Of a stretch of DNA of 64,000 nt, positions 10,398 through 22,295 are shown in pieces. Location: assembly GCA_043814095.1 (NCBI GenBank), contig JBDRKI010000036.1:1-64000 (forward strand), written 5' to 3'. The notes below the pieces were generated by a model that did not search any database, was not told where the DNA came from, and worked only from the letters and a program-made list of their open reading frames with translations. The translations under genes were made by a program, and so were the position numbers. The stretch is from Armatimonadota bacterium. GTDB lineage: Bacteria; Vulcanimicrobiota; JACPDS01; JBDRKI01. The first letter of the stretch is position 1. Each line of letters begins with the position of its first letter.

Positions 10398-11101
10398 AGT
10401 TCGGGATTATAAGGTTTCCGGGTTCAAACTGCGATGAAGACTGTCACTGGGCAGTGACAGGCGTGTTGAAGCAGAACGGTATTTATCTGTGGCATGATGA
10501 CGAAGATCTTAAGGGGTGTGACTGCGTAATACTTCCCGGCGGATTTTCATACGGTGATTATCTGCGTACGGGCGGCGTCGCTAGATTCAGCAGGATTATG
10601 AAAAAGGTGGCTGGTTTCGCGGATAAAGGCGGGCTCGTTATGGGAATCTGCAACGGGTTTCAGGTTTTATGTGAAGCAGGACTGCTTCCGGGTGCTTTTT
10701 TGAGCAACTTAAGCCGCCGGTTTATATGCAAAGACGTGCATGTTAAGGTTATAAATAATAAAACTACGTTTACGGTAAACTGTGAAAAAGAACAAATCTT
10801 GAAAATACCCGTTGCCCATGGTGAGGGCAGGTTTTACGCTGACAGGAAAACACTTAAGAATCTACATGATAATGATCAGGTAATATTAAAATATTGTTCG
10901 GATAAGGGCAATGTATCGGAAGAATTTAATCCCAATGGCTCAACTGATAATATAGCCGGGATCTGCAACAAAAAAAGGAATATTTTCGGGCTTATGCCAC
11001 ATCCCGAGAGATGCTGTGAGGATATTCTGGGTTCAAGTGACGGATTGTATGTATTTAAGTCAATTCTTAACAACCGGAAGCACATTATGGCTAGAAAATA
11101 A
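10394..11101 (+). CDS. purQ: FGAM synthase glutaminase subunit PurQ
   Basis: FPGSNC, PGGFSYGDYLR, GICNGFQ, AHGEG, MPHPER. Confidence 0.96.
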   Translation: MKFGIIRFPGSNCDEDCHWAVTGVLKQNGIYLWHDDEDLKGCDCVILPGGFSYGDYLRTGGVARFSRIMKKVAGFADKGGLVMGICNGFQVLCEAGLLPGAFLSNLSRRFICKDVHVKVINNKTTFTVNCEKEQILKIPVAHGEGRFYADRKTLKNLHDNDQVILKYCSDKGNVSEEFNPNGSTDNIAGICNKKRNIFGLMPHPERCCEDILGSSDGLYVFKSILNNRKHIMARK

Positions 11102-11409
11102 AATGTTTATTTTTAAGGCTTTTTTGATATAGAAGTTCTTCGGCATTTTATCCACATATTTTGCAAAACCCTTATTTTTAAGTGTTTTTTCTGTGTATGA
11201 AATTTATTTTTGGGTATCTGCCATTTATAGTTTTTAAAAGAACCATATTTTATGTAGATATTCCTTATTTTTCAACAAAATTCAAAAAAGACCGTTTATG
11301 CTTAATAAAAATACTCCTATTGGTTCTGAAAATTACCCCACTTGACCCATATTTATATTGACCTATCACTGTTATAATAGAGACAGAAAAAGAAAGGAGG
11401 TTAACCCAG

Positions 11410-11883
11410 GTGAAAAAACTACTGACAGCACTTATAGTAATAGCATTTCTATCTACAGCGGCATTCGCGGCAACTACCGATACTCAGACTGTGTATTACG
11501 AAATAGACCCGATCGTCAATCTGCAATTTCATACAGACATGACTTTAACGATTGACGCGGCTACCGCGGGTTCGCAGCCGAATACCGATTCTACGGTCAG
11601 TACGTATGATCTTACGACAAACGAAACCGGTAAGAAAATAACAGGGTATCTTAACGTGAATATGCCGAGCAGTACTTATCTGTCTGTAAACTTAAGTCCG
11701 CCGACAGGCGCTTCGTCTCTCGGTGAAACAACTTTAACCACTACAGCACAGGACCTTGTAACCGGCATTGACACACTCGCGGAACCCGGCAATAATTATA
11801 CTGTATATTTAAACGCAGCAGTTAATGCCGGTCTGCCCGCAGACGGTTCAAGAGTCATAACTTTTACCGTTGCGGATGAGTAA
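11410..11883 (+). CDS. small secreted beta-rich protein (possible pilin/fibre subunit)
   Basis: GTG start after AAGGAGG; signal peptide ending AFA; Thr/Ser-rich all-beta mature part; own terminator. Confidence 0.8.
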   Translation: MKKLLTALIVIAFLSTAAFAATTDTQTVYYEIDPIVNLQFHTDMTLTIDAATAGSQPNTDSTVSTYDLTTNETGKKITGYLNVNMPSSTYLSVNLSPPTGASSLGETTLTTTAQDLVTGIDTLAEPGNNYTVYLNAAVNAGLPADGSRVITFTVADE

Positions 11884-11915
11884 ATTATAACAAACAAATA
11901 TTTTAAGTTAGTGTT

Positions 11916-11942
11916 AAAAAACAGCCCGAAAGGGCTGTTTTT
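11916..11942. terminator. bidirectional rho-independent terminator
   Basis: AAAAAACAGCCC-GAAA-GGGCTGTTTTT between convergent genes. Confidence 0.9.
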
Positions 11943-11945
11943 ATA

Positions 11946-12581
11946 TTATTCATCAATTAATATTCTTATCGCTTCCGGCAGTATTTTATGTTCTTTTTTC
12001 CGCATTTTTTTTGTTAATGATTCCAGAGTATCGTTCTTATCTATTTTTATAATCTCTTTAATTATTACTTTGCCGCGGTCTACATAAGGGGTTACCTTAT
12101 GTACGCTGCACCCCGTGTAGGTTGTTCCTGACTTGAATGCTTTTTCAATAGTATCTAACCCTCTGAAAACAGGCGATACTGTCCCGTCGGGAAGCACTAT
12201 ATTGTCATCTTCTATATTATCGGGAAGAATGGCCGGGTGAAGATTAATTATTTTTCCTTCAAATTCTTTTACAAAATTTTCCGAAAGAATTAATAAAAAT
12301 CCGGCAAGCACGATTAGATCAACATTATACCCTTTTATTAGTTTTGCCAGCTCATTACAGTAATCATCGTTTGTTTTGTATTTAATGCGCGACAATACCC
12401 GGGTGGGTATATTTGCTTTTTCTGCTTTTTTTAATCCGCCGGCTTTTTCTTTATTTGATATTACAACTTTAATCTCGGCAGGAAGCCTGCCTGCGGAAAT
12501 ACTGTCTATTATCGCCTGCAGGTTGGTTCCTTCGCCTGATATAAGGACTGCGAGGGTTGTTTTGTTTTTTTCTTTATCCAT
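11946..12581 (-). CDS. purN: phosphoribosylglycinamide formyltransferase
   Basis: LISGEGTNLQAI, LAGF, INLHPA, GCSVH...VDRG. Confidence 0.94.
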   Translation of the reverse strand: MDKEKNKTTLAVLISGEGTNLQAIIDSISAGRLPAEIKVVISNKEKAGGLKKAEKANIPTRVLSRIKYKTNDDYCNELAKLIKGYNVDLIVLAGFLLILSENFVKEFEGKIINLHPAILPDNIEDDNIVLPDGTVSPVFRGLDTIEKAFKSGTTYTGCSVHKVTPYVDRGKVIIKEIIKIDKNDTLESLTKKMRKKEHKILPEAIRILIDE

Positions 12582-12634
12582 ATATTTTTTATCTTGTCCT
12601 GACCCATACTGCTTTATTTTGAGTTTTAAGAAAA

Positions 12635-14014
12635 TTAATTTTTCAAACTGTAAGGATATTTACCGTTAAAGCACGCAAGGCAGAATGTATCTTTTTTTAT
12701 CCCCACGGCTTTAAGAAGTCCTTCCAAGCTCAGGTATCCCAGGCTTTTAGCGCCTATGAATTTCGCTATTTTAGGTATTGAATGATTTGCCGCTATTAAT
12801 TCTTCATAAGTTGCCGTATCCACTCCCAGATAACACGGGTGAGTCATTGGGGGCGAAGTTACCCTTACATGCACTTCTTTCGCGCCTGCTTCTTTCAGAA
12901 GTTTTACGATAGATCTTGTGGTGTTGCCCCTTACGATGGAATCATCAACAAGTATTATCCTTTTCCCTTTTATATTATCCTTTACGGGATTGAATTTTAA
13001 TTTTACGCCGAGCTTTCTTATCCTGTCCTCGGGCTGGATAAAAGTTCTTGCTATATACCTGTTTTTTATCAGTCCTTCCACATAAGGCAGGTCTGACGCG
13101 TTCGCGAACCCTATTGAGGCGGGCGTGCCCGAGTCGGGTATTGACATAACAAGATCTGCATCACAGTGATATTCTTTTGTGAGAAATTCCCCCATTTTTG
13201 CTCTCGCGGCGTATACGGATCTACCGTTTATTATTGAATCGGGTCTTGCAAAGTAGATATATTCAAATATGCAGAGAGAAGAGGAAGTATCTTTTTTATC
13301 TTTGTAATTGTATGTTTTTATCCCGTGTTTATCTATTATTACTATTTCCCCGGGGGATAGTTCTCTTACGAATTTGGCTCCTATCGTGTTTAACGCGCAG
13401 GTCTCGGAGGAAAAGACCCATCCTTTGTTTTTATTTATTTTTCCGAGGCATAACGGCCTTATGCCCTGCGGGTCCCTGAAAGCCACAAGCTTATCAAGAG
13501 TGCATAATACCACAGAATACGCGCCTTTTATCCTGTCCATGGTTTTTATAATCTTTTTATGTATCTCTTTTCCTTCGGCAAGGGCAAAGAGTTTCGCGAT
13601 GATCTCACTGTCGGAATTAGATTCAAAATGTATTGATTTTTTTAAAAGTTCTTTTCTTAAAGAGTTGTGGTTTATTAAATTGCCGTTATGCGCAAGCGCT
13701 ACCGGGCCTATATGCGTTTTTAATGTTATGGGTTGGGCGTTATGAATTTTGCTTGAACCGCTTGTGGAATACCTGTTATGCCCTATGGCTATATTGCCCG
13801 TAAGGTGGTGCAGTATCTCGGGAGTGAATATCTGGGATACAAGCCCCATCTCTTTATGGCATTCTATGGTTTTGCCGTTTGATGCGGCAATGCCTGAGCT
13901 TTCCTGTCCCCTGTGCTGGAGGGCGAAAAGCGCGAAAAAAGCGGATGAAGCGACATTCGCGTAATCGGAGTAAATGCCGAATACGGCACAGCTTTCACGG
14001 ATTTCACCTGACAT
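12635..14014 (-). CDS. purF: amidophosphoribosyltransferase
   Basis: Propeptide followed by C; LQHRGQES, GHNRYST, VDDSIVRGNT, Fe-S cysteines (CLACF). Confidence 0.97.
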   Translation of the reverse strand: MSGEIRESCAVFGIYSDYANVASSAFFALFALQHRGQESSGIAASNGKTIECHKEMGLVSQIFTPEILHHLTGNIAIGHNRYSTSGSSKIHNAQPITLKTHIGPVALAHNGNLINHNSLRKELLKKSIHFESNSDSEIIAKLFALAEGKEIHKKIIKTMDRIKGAYSVVLCTLDKLVAFRDPQGIRPLCLGKINKNKGWVFSSETCALNTIGAKFVRELSPGEIVIIDKHGIKTYNYKDKKDTSSSLCIFEYIYFARPDSIINGRSVYAARAKMGEFLTKEYHCDADLVMSIPDSGTPASIGFANASDLPYVEGLIKNRYIARTFIQPEDRIRKLGVKLKFNPVKDNIKGKRIILVDDSIVRGNTTRSIVKLLKEAGAKEVHVRVTSPPMTHPCYLGVDTATYEELIAANHSIPKIAKFIGAKSLGYLSLEGLLKAVGIKKDTFCLACFNGKYPYSLKN

Positions 14015-15296
14015 AATACGCTCCTTTTATGTTTCCGATGTCTTTCCTATAATGAAATCCTTCCCAGTTCATACCGTTAATATATGAATAGACTTTCTCT
14101 CTTGCCTTGTCTAAGCTCGGCGCGAGGGATGTTACGGATAAAACCCTGCCTCCAGAAGAGACTGTTTTTTCATTTTCAAGTTTTGTGCCCGCATGGAATA
14201 CAATAATATCGCCTTCTTTTTCTTCTAAAACGGGAAGAGCTATGTTTTTTTTATAATTTCCGGGATATCCTTCTGCTGAGATAACTACTGTTAAGGCGGC
14301 ATCATCTTTCCATTTTAATGTTTGCGTGTGCAGTTTTTTATCCGCCGCGGCAAGCATAATTTCCACAAGATCATTATCTAATCTTGTTAGTATGACCTGG
14401 GTTTCAGGGTCGCCGAATCTCGCGTTATATTCAAGAACCATGGGTCCGGTTCCTGTTATCATAAGTCCGAAATATATTACACCGCAGTAATCAACGCCTT
14501 CTTTTTTTAACCCGTTTAATGTGGGGATTATAATTGTATCTTTTATGGTGTCAAAAAGTTTCTCATCCAGAAATTCAGATGGAGAGTATGCCCCCATCCC
14601 GCCCGTATTTGGGCCCTTGTCTTCATCATGCGCTTTTTTATAATCGCACGCGCCTTCCATGGGCAAGATTACTTCCCCGTCGGTAAAGCAAAGAATAGAG
14701 ATCTCTCTGCCCTTAAGGAATTCTTCTATGATAACTTTTTTTGAGGATTCCTTGAATTTGGATTTTATAAGAAGCTCGGTTAATTCGCCTAAAGCTTCGT
14801 CCGCGTTCTTTGCGATTGTTACGCCTTTGCCGGCGGCTAAGCCGTCCGCTTTTATTACAAGCGGGAATTCACAGATGTTTAAATATTCTTTAGCGTCTTG
14901 AAAGTTTTCAAAACAGCCGTATTTGGCTGTGGGGATGCCGTATTTTTTCATGAAATTTTTAGAGTATGCCTTGCTTGCCTCAAGCTCGGCCCCGTCTTTA
15001 CCGGGTCCGAACACTTTTATTCTGTTCTTTTTAATCTCATCGGCGAGCCCGCAGGAAAGCGGCGCTTCGGGCCCTATTACAACAAGGTCAATTTTATTTT
15101 TCTTAACCCAGTCAATGATCCCGGGTATGTCATCTACGGGTATATCTATATTTTTGCCCAGATTGCGCGTTCCGGCATTCCCGGGTATTATGAATAATTC
15201 ATCTGTTTTCGGGGACTTTTTTATTTTCCACGCAAGGGCGTGCTCCCTCGCGCCCTGTCCTATAACCGCTATTTTCATTTTTTTACTCCCATTCAA
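14004..15296 (-). CDS. purD: phosphoribosylamine-glycine ligase
   Basis: GAREHA, KADGLAAGKGV, GPNTGGMG, EYNARFGDPETQ. Confidence 0.97.
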   Translation of the reverse strand: MNGSKKMKIAVIGQGAREHALAWKIKKSPKTDELFIIPGNAGTRNLGKNIDIPVDDIPGIIDWVKKNKIDLVVIGPEAPLSCGLADEIKKNRIKVFGPGKDGAELEASKAYSKNFMKKYGIPTAKYGCFENFQDAKEYLNICEFPLVIKADGLAAGKGVTIAKNADEALGELTELLIKSKFKESSKKVIIEEFLKGREISILCFTDGEVILPMEGACDYKKAHDEDKGPNTGGMGAYSPSEFLDEKLFDTIKDTIIIPTLNGLKKEGVDYCGVIYFGLMITGTGPMVLEYNARFGDPETQVILTRLDNDLVEIMLAAADKKLHTQTLKWKDDAALTVVISAEGYPGNYKKNIALPVLEEKEGDIIVFHAGTKLENEKTVSSGGRVLSVTSLAPSLDKAREKVYSYINGMNWEGFHYRKDIGNIKGAYYVR

Positions 15297-16815
15297 TAGT
15301 TCCCGGGGGCTTGGAAGTTATGTCATATACAACCCTGTTTATTCCCGGGACTTCATTTACTATTTTTGTTGATAATTCTTCCATGATTTCCCATGATATG
15401 TTCGCTGGTTTTGCCGTCATAGCGTCTCTTGAATAAACCGCTCTTACGGCTATTATATCATTATATGTTCTTTGATCGCCCATAACTCCCACTGTTTTAA
15501 GGGGGAGAAGAACCGCGAAATACTGCCATAGCTGGTTATTTAAGTCATATTTTTCTATTGTGGAAGAAACTATTTTGTCTGCTTTGCGAAGCGTCTTAAG
15601 TCTCTCCTCTGTAATCTCTCCCAGAACCCTTACTGCGAGCCCCGGACCGGGGAAGGGCTGTCTTTGCAGTATTTCCTGCGGTATGCCGAGAGTTTTCCCT
15701 ACCCGGCGCACTTCATCCTTAAAGAGATATTTTAAAGGCTCTATCAATTTAAATTTAAAATCGTCCGGGAGCCCGCCCACATTATGATGTGTTTTTATAA
15801 TCGCGCTTTTTGAGTATTTGCCGCCCCCGCTTTCTATTATGTCCGGATAAAGGGTGCCCTGCACCATAAACTTTATCTTATCCTTTATTTCTTTTTCAAA
15901 TATTCTTACAAATTCTCTCCCTATTATTTTTCTTTTTTCTTCGGGATCCGTAACGCCTTTTAATTTTTTTAAAAAATGAGCCCCCGCATCAAGCACTTTT
16001 AATTTTAATCCCAGCTGTTTTACCATAGCTTCTTTTATGTTTTTTACTTCGCCTTCCCTTAACAGGCCGTTATCAACAAGAAGGCATGATAGTTTTCCTC
16101 CGGCGGCTTTCTTTACAAGCAGTGCAGCAACCGTTGAATCAACACCGCCTGAGAGCGCGCAGAATATTTTTTCGTTCCCTGTCTCTTTTTTTATATCCGC
16201 AATTATCTCTTTTATGAATTCTTTCGGCGTCCAGGAGAAAGTACACCCGGCAGCTTTTAAAAAGTTTTTGATTATTGCCGCGCCGCGGGGAGTATGCGCA
16301 ACTTCCGGATGGAATTGTACGCCGAATATTTTCCTTTTTTTATTTGCGATGGCGGCTATCTTTCCGTAAGAAGATTCCGCCAGTATTTTAAAGCCCTCAG
16401 GAACTTTTTTAACTTCATCCTGGTGAGACATCCAGCAGGTATTTTTACCCTGTATGCCTTTAAATAAAGAGTCTTTTTCCGTTACGTTAAAAGTATTTGC
16501 CCCGTATTCTCTTTTACCGGATTTAAAAACAATACCGCCAAGCTGGTGCGTAATAAGCTGCATACCGTAGCAGATGCCGAGCACGGGGATATTTAAGCCG
16601 TATATATCCGGATCAAGTTTCGGCGCGTTTTTATCGTATACGCTTGCCGGGCCACCCGACAGGATTATCGCTGTTGGTTTTAATTTTTTAAGTTCTCCGG
16701 CTGTTACGGAATGGGGTATAAGCTGGCTGTAAACACCGGCTTCCCTTGCCGCTCTTACGATTAACCGGTTATACTGTGACCCGAAATCAAGAACAAGAAC
16801 CTTTTCTTTTATCAT
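15283..16815 (-). CDS. guaA: GMP synthase (glutamine-hydrolysing)
   Basis: LDFGSQY, GICYGMQ, QFHPEV, SGGVDS, KPPGTIEWE. Confidence 0.97.
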   Translation of the reverse strand: MIKEKVLVLDFGSQYNRLIVRAAREAGVYSQLIPHSVTAGELKKLKPTAIILSGGPASVYDKNAPKLDPDIYGLNIPVLGICYGMQLITHQLGGIVFKSGKREYGANTFNVTEKDSLFKGIQGKNTCWMSHQDEVKKVPEGFKILAESSYGKIAAIANKKRKIFGVQFHPEVAHTPRGAAIIKNFLKAAGCTFSWTPKEFIKEIIADIKKETGNEKIFCALSGGVDSTVAALLVKKAAGGKLSCLLVDNGLLREGEVKNIKEAMVKQLGLKLKVLDAGAHFLKKLKGVTDPEEKRKIIGREFVRIFEKEIKDKIKFMVQGTLYPDIIESGGGKYSKSAIIKTHHNVGGLPDDFKFKLIEPLKYLFKDEVRRVGKTLGIPQEILQRQPFPGPGLAVRVLGEITEERLKTLRKADKIVSSTIEKYDLNNQLWQYFAVLLPLKTVGVMGDQRTYNDIIAVRAVYSRDAMTAKPANISWEIMEELSTKIVNEVPGINRVVYDITSKPPGTIEWE

Positions 16816-16829
16816 GGGAACCTCAGGTT

Positions 16830-18341
<1,512 letters not shown>

Positions 18342-18474
18342 TTAATAGAAAATCATTATTTTAAAGCATTTTTTTATTATTTTTCCGTTTTTTCTCTTTT
18401 ATTTAAATTAAATACGTTATTAAAAAGGGAAAAGAAGAAGAGCTAAGAATTAATTGATATTGTGGGGGGATATA

Positions 18475-19176
18475 ATGATCAGTCAGTCAAATAAATTAAT
18501 CGCTGTAATTGATGATGAGCCTGATATAGTGGAATTAATAAATATCCATCTTCAAAAAAGCGGGTTTAAGGTTAAAACTTTCCAGGAAGCCGAATCCTTT
18601 TTAGAGTTTATTAAAAATACCCAACCCTCCATTATAATTCTTGATTTAATGCTTCCCGGTGCTGACGGGCTTGAGATCTGCAGATACCTTAAGAGCGAAA
18701 AAAAATATTCTTTTATACCTATTATTATGTTAACTGCCAGAGCGGAGGAGACGGATAAGATTATAGGGCTTGAACTTGGTGCCGATGATTATATTACCAA
18801 GCCTTTTTCGGTTAAAGAGCTTACCGCAAGAGTAAAGACCGTTTTAAGAAGGGCATCAAGCTCCGCAAAATCCGATTCTGCGGATATAATTGAGATCGGC
18901 GGAGCGTTAAAGATTGACGTCCAGAAGTATGAAGTCAGGATTTATGATAAGAAAGTAGATTTAACCACAACGGAATTTAAAATGCTCGAGCTTCTTGCCG
19001 AAAAAAGAGGCAGGGTTCTAAAAAGGGATGATATACTTGACTGCATCTGGGGTGACGATAAGGATGTTTTAGACAGGACAATAGATACGCATATGAAAAA
19101 CTTAAGAAAAAAACTGGGGGATGCCTCGGATCTTATAAAAAACATAAGGGGCATAGGTTATAAGATAGAAATATGA
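18475..19176 (+). CDS. phoB: OmpR/PhoB-family response regulator
   Basis: Receiver domain (DD, LDLMLP, KPF) plus winged helix (RTIDTHMKNLRKKL); located next to the pst operon. Start moved to the ATG at 18475. Confidence 0.88.
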   Translation: MISQSNKLIAVIDDEPDIVELINIHLQKSGFKVKTFQEAESFLEFIKNTQPSIIILDLMLPGADGLEICRYLKSEKKYSFIPIIMLTARAEETDKIIGLELGADDYITKPFSVKELTARVKTVLRRASSSAKSDSADIIEIGGALKIDVQKYEVRIYDKKVDLTTTEFKMLELLAEKRGRVLKRDDILDCIWGDDKDVLDRTIDTHMKNLRKKLGDASDLIKNIRGIGYKIEI

Positions 19177-20900
19177 AAAGACATTTTTTTTATAAAATAT
19201 TCTCCGGATACTTCTTGATAATATTATCTCTTACTGTTCTGATTTTCTTTTTTTCATTTCAGATTATAAGGGATAATTATATAGAGATTACAACTTCAAA
19301 TCTTAAAAATATCACCAGATCTTTAATGCCTGAGGTTTTTTTATTTATAAAAAACAAGCAGCTTGATGAACTGGATTTATTTGTTAAAAATATGGGCAAG
19401 TCTATTAATGCGAGAATTACGGTTGTAAGCAAAAACGGAGCAGTTTTAGCGGATTCTCAGGAAAATCCGGTCAATATGGAAAACCACAAAGAAAGACCCG
19501 AGATCGCAGGCGCTCTTACCGGCTCGACGGGGAAAGACCTGCGTTTCAGCAACACCGTTAAAAAAGATATGCTCTATGTGGCGCTTCCTGTTGAATATAA
19601 TAATGAAGTTTACGGGGCATTAAGGACAAGCGTGTTTCTTAAGGATATAAACAGCCTGCTGTACATCCTAAAGATAAAGATTGCACAGATTGTAGCGATA
19701 ATATTAATACTTTCAATAATTGCCGCTGCGCTTCTTGTCCGTGGTTTTTCAAAACCCGTACAAGAGTTAAGTGCGGCTTCTAAAAAATTAGCAGAGGGCG
19801 ATTTTGATGTAAGAGTGCTTTTAAAGAATAAGGATGAGTTAAAAGATCTTGCGGATAGTTTTAATTATATGGCCTCCAGAATAAAGAACTTGTTTAAGGA
19901 AGTATCGGGCCAGAAAGAAGAACTTAACGGCATTATTTCATCCATTCAGGAACTGCTGGTTGTATTGGACTATAAGGGCAGGATTATTCTTTCAAACGAT
20001 AGCTTTAAAAAATATGTTAACAATATGGATATGCGGGATAAATTTTACTGGGAAATCCCGGGCATGGCCGGACTTGAGGAGATTGTAGAAAAGGTTTCTT
20101 CTCTTAACGAAAGCGCTTCGGGTGAGATAAAAATAAATGAAGATATTTTTATCTGCACGGTTGCCCCGAGCAAATATAAAGAGAAAAAGACCGTAATCCT
20201 TCATAATATAACGGAGGTAAAGCGGCTGGAAAAACTAAAAAAGGATTTTATTTCAAATGTTTCCCATGAGATGAGGACCCCTCTTACCGCCATAAAGGGT
20301 TTTGCCCAGACACTGGAAGATTCCGCGGATCAGGAAAGCAGGCGTTTTGCTGATATTATAAATAAGCATGCCGACCGGCTTATGAATATAGTGCAGGATC
20401 TTCTTCTTCTTTCCGAACTTGAGGAGAAGGGATCAAAGCTTGAGGTAGAGGAAGTGGATCTGGAAAAATTAGCTAAAGGTATAATAAATATATTTGATTT
20501 TAAGGCGAAAGAAAAAAACATTAATTTAAATCTTGTTTCCGATCAAAAGATACCCGGCATTAAGCTTGATCCGTTTAAGATTGAACAGGTTTTTATAAAC
20601 CTTATAGATAACGCGGTTAAATATACCGAATCAGGAGATATAAAAATTATACTTAAAAACGAAGGGCCTTCCGTAAGGGTTGAAGTGCAGGATACGGGGA
20701 TAGGCATCCCTGCGGAACATATCCCCAGAATATTTGAAAGATTTTATGTTGCCGATAAATCCCGTTCAAGGAAGATAGGTGGCACGGGGCTTGGCCTTTC
20801 CATCGTAAAACATATAGTTTTACTGCATGGCGGAAATATAAATGTTGAGAGTATGCCGGGTTGCGGCACTAAATTTATAATTTATCTTCCTTTAAATTAA
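19173..20900 (+). CDS. phoR: PhoR-like sensor histidine kinase
   Basis: TM-Cache-like (MENHxxRPE)-TM-HAMP-PAS-HisKA (SHEMRTPL)-HATPase. Confidence 0.88.
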   Translation: MKRHFFYKIFSGYFLIILSLTVLIFFFSFQIIRDNYIEITTSNLKNITRSLMPEVFLFIKNKQLDELDLFVKNMGKSINARITVVSKNGAVLADSQENPVNMENHKERPEIAGALTGSTGKDLRFSNTVKKDMLYVALPVEYNNEVYGALRTSVFLKDINSLLYILKIKIAQIVAIILILSIIAAALLVRGFSKPVQELSAASKKLAEGDFDVRVLLKNKDELKDLADSFNYMASRIKNLFKEVSGQKEELNGIISSIQELLVVLDYKGRIILSNDSFKKYVNNMDMRDKFYWEIPGMAGLEEIVEKVSSLNESASGEIKINEDIFICTVAPSKYKEKKTVILHNITEVKRLEKLKKDFISNVSHEMRTPLTAIKGFAQTLEDSADQESRRFADIINKHADRLMNIVQDLLLLSELEEKGSKLEVEEVDLEKLAKGIINIFDFKAKEKNINLNLVSDQKIPGIKLDPFKIEQVFINLIDNAVKYTESGDIKIILKNEGPSVRVEVQDTGIGIPAEHIPRIFERFYVADKSRSRKIGGTGLGLSIVKHIVLLHGGNINVESMPGCGTKFIIYLPLN

Positions 20901-20904
20901 TTTC

Positions 20905-20943
20905 TTCACACAAACTTCACAGTTTCTTTATACCTAATCCATA
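20905..20943 (+). promoter_or_regulatory. Pho-box-like direct repeats upstream of the porin-pst operon
   Basis: TTCACA (20905), TTCACA (20916), TTTATA (20927), TCCATA (20938), in exact 11-bp phase. Confidence 0.7.
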
Positions 20944-20995
20944 AATATTAGTTATATTCTTATTGGAAGTTAATTTTTATGCATAAGGAGAGGGT

Positions 20996-22249
20996 ATGAA
21001 GAAAATAGCGCGGAGACTCCTTTCAAATACTAAAAAGAAAAAAGTCTTGTTGGCGCTTTTTGTTTTATTTATTTCTCTTTTTCTTTTGGTAAAAATATCC
21101 GCTGCCGCAGAGATGGATAAGCTTATAGACAAGCTTGTCGAGAAGGGTATTTTAACCCGGGATGAAGCAAAGCAGATAATAGTGGAAGTGGAGCAGGAAA
21201 ATAAATTGAAGCCGGATACAGTAAAATCTGCAGAGACGATAAAGTTAAAAGGAGATCTGAGAATAAGGTATCAGAATGAAGAAGACGGTGATGAACTTAA
21301 AAACCGCCAGCGCGGGAGATATAGAGCCCGTTTGGGCGCGGAAACAAAAGTTAATAGCAATACGAGTGCTGCCCTGGGTCTTGTGGCCGGAGAAAACGAT
21401 CCGCGTTCCAGAAACTTAACTTTCCAGAACTATTTTGAGACCCCCGGCATGAGATTAGATTACGCGTATACAACATATAAGGCTTACCCATGGGCGACGG
21501 CCGAAGTCGGCAAAATGAAGGAAGTAAGAAAGCTGGTTTTCAGCCCGTCAGATCTTTTATGGGATTCAGATATAAATCCGGAGGGGGCTTCGGTTCTTTT
21601 TTCTAAAAAAGTAAATAACAAATTTAGTTTGTTTGCTAATACAGGAGTATGGATTCTAGATGAATCTTCACGCCAGCCCGATCCTTTTATGTGTGTCTTA
21701 CAGCCCGGATTTCAGTATGAGTTAAGCAATGATTCTTATTTTAAAGCAGGGGCTACATATTACGGTTTTAAAAATGTAATAGGCTCATCTCCTGAACATT
21801 CTTCGGGCACTAACACAAGAGAAGGCGGCACATTGAAATATAATTATAGCGCATGGAATCCTACCGTGGAGCTGGCATTTAAGTTTCCTTTCGGCTTCAA
21901 GAGCATTCCCTTTCTTTCGTTATACGGCGAATATATAAAAAATCCCAGCCCCCCTGTAGATAATACGGGATATGTAGCCGGTTTCAGGTTCGGACATAAA
22001 AAAGTGCTGAATGCAAATGAGTGGCAGATCGGCTATAGCTACAGATTTTTAGCCAGTGATGCATGGCTTGATACTTTTCCTGATTCCGATATATTCGGCG
22101 GCTCAACCAATGTAAGGGGAAGTGAGATCACCTTATTTTACGGATTAAATGAAAATTCATACTTAGGTGTTGATTATTATATGGTTAGCAGGATTGAAGG
22201 AGATGACAAAAGAAACCTTCTTCAACTTGACTGGAATTTAAAATTTTAA
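20996..22249 (+). CDS. putative outer-membrane porin (phosphate-associated)
   Basis: Signal peptide, LVEKGILT N-terminal motif, GDLRIRY...RYRARLG, WDSDINPEG, C-terminal LQLDWNLKF beta-signal. Confidence 0.85.
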   Translation: MKKIARRLLSNTKKKKVLLALFVLFISLFLLVKISAAAEMDKLIDKLVEKGILTRDEAKQIIVEVEQENKLKPDTVKSAETIKLKGDLRIRYQNEEDGDELKNRQRGRYRARLGAETKVNSNTSAALGLVAGENDPRSRNLTFQNYFETPGMRLDYAYTTYKAYPWATAEVGKMKEVRKLVFSPSDLLWDSDINPEGASVLFSKKVNNKFSLFANTGVWILDESSRQPDPFMCVLQPGFQYELSNDSYFKAGATYYGFKNVIGSSPEHSSGTNTREGGTLKYNYSAWNPTVELAFKFPFGFKSIPFLSLYGEYIKNPSPPVDNTGYVAGFRFGHKKVLNANEWQIGYSYRFLASDAWLDTFPDSDIFGGSTNVRGSEITLFYGLNENSYLGVDYYMVSRIEGDDKRNLLQLDWNLKF

Positions 22250-22251
22250 CT

Positions 22252-22285
22252 AAACACCGGACTTAAGTCTAGTGAATATTATGCC
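22252..22285. repeat. 34-bp palindromic intergenic repeat, copy 1
   Basis: AAACACCGGACTTAAGTCTAGTGAATATTATGCC; 31/34 identical to 33112-33145. Confidence 0.8.
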
Positions 22286-22295
22286 GGGAGGAAAA

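Noticed and set aside
11148-11156. Perfect DnaA box TTATCCACA in an AT-rich intergenic region
   Set aside because: A single box with no cluster and no dnaA/dnaN nearby; not enough to call oriC
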